A stretch of 40,363 bases of DNA from an uncultured Methanosarcinales archaeon. Lineage in GTDB: Archaea; Nanobdellota; Nanobdellia; Woesearchaeales; CALCXY01. Under the pieces are notes generated by a model. That model saw nothing but the letters and a program-made list of their open reading frames with translations. It did not search any database and had not been told where the DNA came from. Within the stretch, counting starts at the first letter, position 1. Each line of letters begins with the position of its first letter. Shown here piece by piece: positions 37,151 through 40,363 of the stretch. The translations under genes were made by a program, and so were the position numbers. The stretch spans positions 1 through 40,363 of the forward strand of contig CAYLOA010000009.1 of assembly GCA_964385185.1 (NCBI GenBank), read 5' to 3'.

Positions 37151-38050
37151 TTAGATTTTTATAATTCTGATGTCTTTGAAGTCGGTTTCTGCGGAGATTT
37201 TTGCTTTTTTGTTTAAATCTCCTGGTGTTAGTAGTAGGGAGGGAAGATTATTTAATTGTGCCTTACCATATGTTGATGCTAAATCTGATTCATTCAAGAG
37301 TTTTTTCTTTTTAGCCTTTACATAATGTTTGATTGTCCCTACTGCACTTGGAATATTTACTTGAAAGTCTATTTCTGCATTCTTTCTTATTATATCTTTC
37401 TCTAACACTTCAATATTATTTTTTTGGAAGTAATTCATTAATAGGGTTAGGAATTCATCTGGAGCGGGAGGTTTTTTTGGTTTTGGCTTTGGTTTTTCCT
37501 TCATTACAGGGTGAGATGGCTCTTCTTTGATTGTCTTTGGAACTGACGGTTTCGGAGTAGGTTGTTGAGCAGGCTTCTTTTGTGATTCTTGTTTTTTTGA
37601 AGTCTCCTTAATTCCAAGATATGTTTTAATTAATGTTGATGCTTCATCGTTTTTTAATAAGTACCATTTCCAGAATATTTCTTGGGCACCATTTACAGAT
37701 ACTTGGAGAGGGATGGCAAAATCTTTCATATTTCTTAAGGCAGTTCTTGTTAACGGATCGAGATCTTTATCTTTTAAGATTTGATCTTTTTGTAATTTTG
37801 TAAAAGCTTGCTGTTCTGGACCTTTCAATTGTTTTGAGAATGATTGGAGACGTGCTTCTTGTCCAGGAAGGTAATATAATGGTGAACCTCCTACTTTTAC
37901 ATGAGATACTAGCACTTGCTTTTTTGAAGAAAGCTCTGAAAGCATGGCTGAGGCGAATAAAAGATCTGTTTTTATTTCTTTAGCTGCTTGGATGGGAATT
38001 AAGGGGCCTACTTTGTTCATAAATTCTTTAATTTTTTGTAGGTTGTCCAT
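37151..38050 (-). CDS. Hypothetical protein: N-terminal winged-helix-like region, Pro/Lys linker, C-terminal restriction-endonuclease-like fold
   Basis: 299-aa ORF ending 1 bp upstream of the fen start; EIDF...YVKAK pattern. Confidence 0.8.
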   Translation of the reverse strand: MDNLQKIKEFMNKVGPLIPIQAAKEIKTDLLFASAMLSELSSKKQVLVSHVKVGGSPLYYLPGQEARLQSFSKQLKGPEQQAFTKLQKDQILKDKDLDPLTRTALRNMKDFAIPLQVSVNGAQEIFWKWYLLKNDEASTLIKTYLGIKETSKKQESQKKPAQQPTPKPSVPKTIKEEPSHPVMKEKPKPKPKKPPAPDEFLTLLMNYFQKNNIEVLEKDIIRKNAEIDFQVNIPSAVGTIKHYVKAKKKKLLNESDLASTYGKAQLNNLPSLLLTPGDLNKKAKISAETDFKDIRIIKI

Positions 38051-38105
38051 AGAAATATGTTAGGTTGATTGGTTTAAATAGTTTATTGGTATAGAGTGGG
38101 TATTA

Positions 38106-38636
38106 CTAAGGACGTAACCATCTCACTTCCCAATAAGAAACATCTCCTTCGTCGTCTACAACTCCTAATAGGAGTCTTTTCTTTGTTGAATGAGCTACTC
38201 TATTCTTTGCTGCAAATTCATGCCATGTTAGTGTTCCTGATTCATGTACAGGGTATAATATCCATCTTGCGTGGTCTTCTCCTGGTTTTACACCACGGTC
38301 GTAGACTCTGAAGTTTGCTCCAAATTTTAAAGCTGTTTTTACAACATAGCCTCTGTTTCGCATGTCTTTGAAAACTGCATAGTTGATTAAAAAGTTTTTT
38401 TGTAGTTTTTTGAACCTTTTTTCTAGTTTGTCTTGTTTGATGGGTTTGTTTTTTCCATCGATGACTGTAATTTTCTTTTTTTCAACTAGGTAAAGAGCTT
38501 CGAATAAGGAAAGTTCTACTCTAGAGTCTGTTAAGTTTCCAAATCTAGATTGATTGTAGAGTTCTTTTGCTTCATCAGAGTCTTCTGTTAAGACTTTGGA
38601 GTCTCTGATTTCTGCTAATGGGAGGCCTTTTGTCAT
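38106..38636 (-). CDS. endA: tRNA-intron endonuclease (single-unit, alpha4-type size)
   Basis: LSLFEALYL, RGYVVKTALKFGANFRVYDRG...HA, RVAHSTKK. True start MTKG at 38636. Confidence 0.95.
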   Translation of the reverse strand: MTKGLPLAEIRDSKVLTEDSDEAKELYNQSRFGNLTDSRVELSLFEALYLVEKKKITVIDGKNKPIKQDKLEKRFKKLQKNFLINYAVFKDMRNRGYVVKTALKFGANFRVYDRGVKPGEDHARWILYPVHESGTLTWHEFAAKNRVAHSTKKRLLLGVVDDEGDVSYWEVRWLRP

Positions 38637-38735
38637 AGGTTTAGGACTTTGAATTGTGTTTTTAAACCTTTGTTTTGTAGAATATATTTCTATATGGAAA
38701 TTAAATAAAGGTATTTTTGAATTTGCTGTTGTCCA

Positions 38736-38818
38736 TGCCAGACTTCCTGGCTCACACAGTGAGCCAGACCTTCTATTTTTCAGCCCATTAAGCTGAAAAA
38801 TAAGGTCAACGTCTGGCA
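38736..38818 (+). repeat. Intergenic three-way-junction element with C-ACA-G loop (copy 4)
   Basis: TGCCAGAC/GTCTGGCA closes CTGGCTCAC-ACA-GTGAGCCAG and TATTTTTCAGC/GCTGAAAAATA. Confidence 0.8.
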
Positions 38819-38869
38819 ATGTATTTTGAATTTAGTTACTCTTATTAATTTCAATTAAATTGTCTTGGT

Positions 38870-39424
38870 ATGGAACAAGTCTATCATGCTGAGACTCGAG
38901 AGGGGTGGCGAAGATGGTTGGAGAAACATCATGAGAATGATAGTAAGGTTTTCTTGATTAGTTGGAAGAAACATACAGGTAAGCCTTCAATAAGTCATCG
39001 TGAGGCTATGGAGGAAGCTATTTGTTTTGGTTGGATTGATACTACCGTTAAACGAATAGATGAAGATAGATATGGAAGGTATTTTATGAGGCGGACTGAT
39101 AAGAGTCGATGGAGTAATGCTATTTTGGGGTATGCTAGACAGATGATAAAAGATGGTAGGATGGCTCCTGCTGGGCTTAAGAGATATAAAGAAGGTTTGT
39201 TAAAACCAGTGATTGATCATGGATTGCCAAGATATCCTCCTGTTTCTAAAGAGTTGGTTGAGTTGTTGGGGAAAGATGATAGGGCAAAAGCTTTTTTTGA
39301 AGGGTTGGCACCTTCGTATCGACGATTTTTTATTTATCATATTGAGAAAGCTAAACTTTCTGAGACTCGTGTAAAAAGGGCAAAGTGGGTTTTGGAAAAG
39401 TGTAGGAAAGGGGAGAAGTTCTAG
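38870..39424 (+). CDS. YdeI/OmpD-associated family protein
   Basis: WRRWLEKHH, EAICFGWID, SRWS, FFEGLAPSYRR...AK..ETRVKR. Confidence 0.92.
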   Translation: MEQVYHAETREGWRRWLEKHHENDSKVFLISWKKHTGKPSISHREAMEEAICFGWIDTTVKRIDEDRYGRYFMRRTDKSRWSNAILGYARQMIKDGRMAPAGLKRYKEGLLKPVIDHGLPRYPPVSKELVELLGKDDRAKAFFEGLAPSYRRFFIYHIEKAKLSETRVKRAKWVLEKCRKGEKF

Positions 39425-39461
39425 GTAAGTCTTAAATATTTGTTATCGTTTTATTTTTTTT

Positions 39462-40022
39462 ATGAAACGGTGTGAATGGGCAGAGCATGAATCTATGCAG
39501 GAATATCATGATAAAGATTGGGGAGTTCCTGTTCATGATGATCGATTATTGTTTGAAATGTTAATTTTGGAAGGGGCACAAGCTGGTTTGTCTTGGGCAA
39601 CTATTCTTAAGAGAAGAGAGACCTATAAAAAGGCATTTGATAATTTTGATGTTCATAAGATTGTAAAGTATACTGATACAGATAAAGAAAGGTTGATGCA
39701 GGATCCTGGGATTATTAGGAATAAGTTGAAAGTAAAGTCTACTATTATTAATGCTCAGAATGTTATTGATATCCAGAAAGAGTTTGGTTCTTTTGACAAA
39801 TATATTTGGCAGTTTGTTAATGGGAAGTCAAAGGTTAATTCTGTGAAGAAGATGTCAGATATAGCTGCTTCTACACCTGAATCTGATGTTATGAGTAAAG
39901 ATTTGAAGAAACGAGGGTTTTCTTTTGTTGGCACCACTATTTGTTATGCGTATATGCAGGCTGTTGGAATGGTTAATGATCATGAAGTGGGTTGCTTTCG
40001 TTATAATAAAGTCAGTGAGTGA
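39462..40022 (+). CDS. tag: DNA-3-methyladenine glycosylase I
   Basis: RCEW...YHDKDWGVP, LEGAQAGLSW, IIRNKLK, FVGTTICYAYMQAVGMVNDH..C. Confidence 0.96.
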   Translation: MKRCEWAEHESMQEYHDKDWGVPVHDDRLLFEMLILEGAQAGLSWATILKRRETYKKAFDNFDVHKIVKYTDTDKERLMQDPGIIRNKLKVKSTIINAQNVIDIQKEFGSFDKYIWQFVNGKSKVNSVKKMSDIAASTPESDVMSKDLKKRGFSFVGTTICYAYMQAVGMVNDHEVGCFRYNKVSE

Positions 40023-40073
40023 AATTTAATTCTAGAGGGAAGGTTTAAATATTGAGTTTGAAATGTTTGTGGT

Positions 40074-40363
40074 ATGGAACTTATCTTTTTAGGTACGAGT
40101 GCTATGGTGCCTACCAAAACGAGAAATCATTCAGGGATGTTAGTTAAATTGAAGAATGAAAGAATTTTGGTAGATTGTGGAGAAGGTACTCAACGTCAAT
40201 TGAAAATTGCTGGAGAGAAATTAGGAAGTTTGACTAAAATTTGTATTAGTCATTTAGATGGAGACCATGTTTTAGGATTAGGGGGATTATTGCAGAGTCT
40301 TTATGCAGAGGATTATAATGAAGAGTTAATTGTGTATTTTCCAACTTTAATTAAGAAATTTAT
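40074..40363 (+). CDS. rnz: Ribonuclease Z, partial (runs off the window end)
   Basis: Manual translation MELIFLGTSAMVPTKTRNHSG...VDCGEGTQRQ...SHLDGDHVLGL; not in the ORF track. Confidence 0.9.
   Translation, partial: MELIFLGTSAMVPTKTRNHSGMLVKLKNERILVDCGEGTQRQLKIAGEKLGSLTKICISHLDGDHVLGLGGLLQSLYAEDYNEELIVYFPTLIKKF

Noticed and set aside
38637..38819. 61-aa N-terminal extension of EndA in the ORF track
   Set aside because: It runs through the promoter and hairpin element; homology starts at ATG 38636.

Overview
AT-rich archaeal chromosomal segment. The compact DPANN-style genes, KKG/Q-type class III signal peptides and ITGxVV surface-protein motifs point to Woesearchaeota/Nanobdellota (inference). 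Housekeeping genes: pheS, pheT, rpl14e, rpl34e, a TtuA/Ncs6-like tRNA thiolase, RNase P p30, a TrmB regulator, pelota, rfcS, a PRC-barrel protein, tyrS, a proteolysis cluster (M16, M24, M29, PAN), trm5, EamA, fen, endA, YdeI-like, tag and a partial rnz. Uncharacterised envelope loci lie between them: (i) a 3-gene membrane/coiled-coil operon; (ii) a 5-gene cluster encoding a pilin-like protein, a polytopic membrane protein and three paralogous Cys-containing lipoproteins that share one domain family; (iii) a 2704-aa surface protein (beta-helix, alpha/beta-hydrolase, C-terminal TM bundle) preceded by three palindromic boxes spaced exactly 42 bp apart and followed by a tandem-HTH gene; (iv) a pilin-SHOCT gene with two paralogous 3-TM genes. 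Non-coding highlights: four dispersed intergenic hairpins with different stems but the same C-ACA-G loop, plus other large structured spacers. PheRS, TyrRS and RNase Z carry unusual active-site substitutions. The first ~250 bp look foreign (possible chimera or integration junction). No rRNA, tRNA, CRISPR array or transposase was seen.
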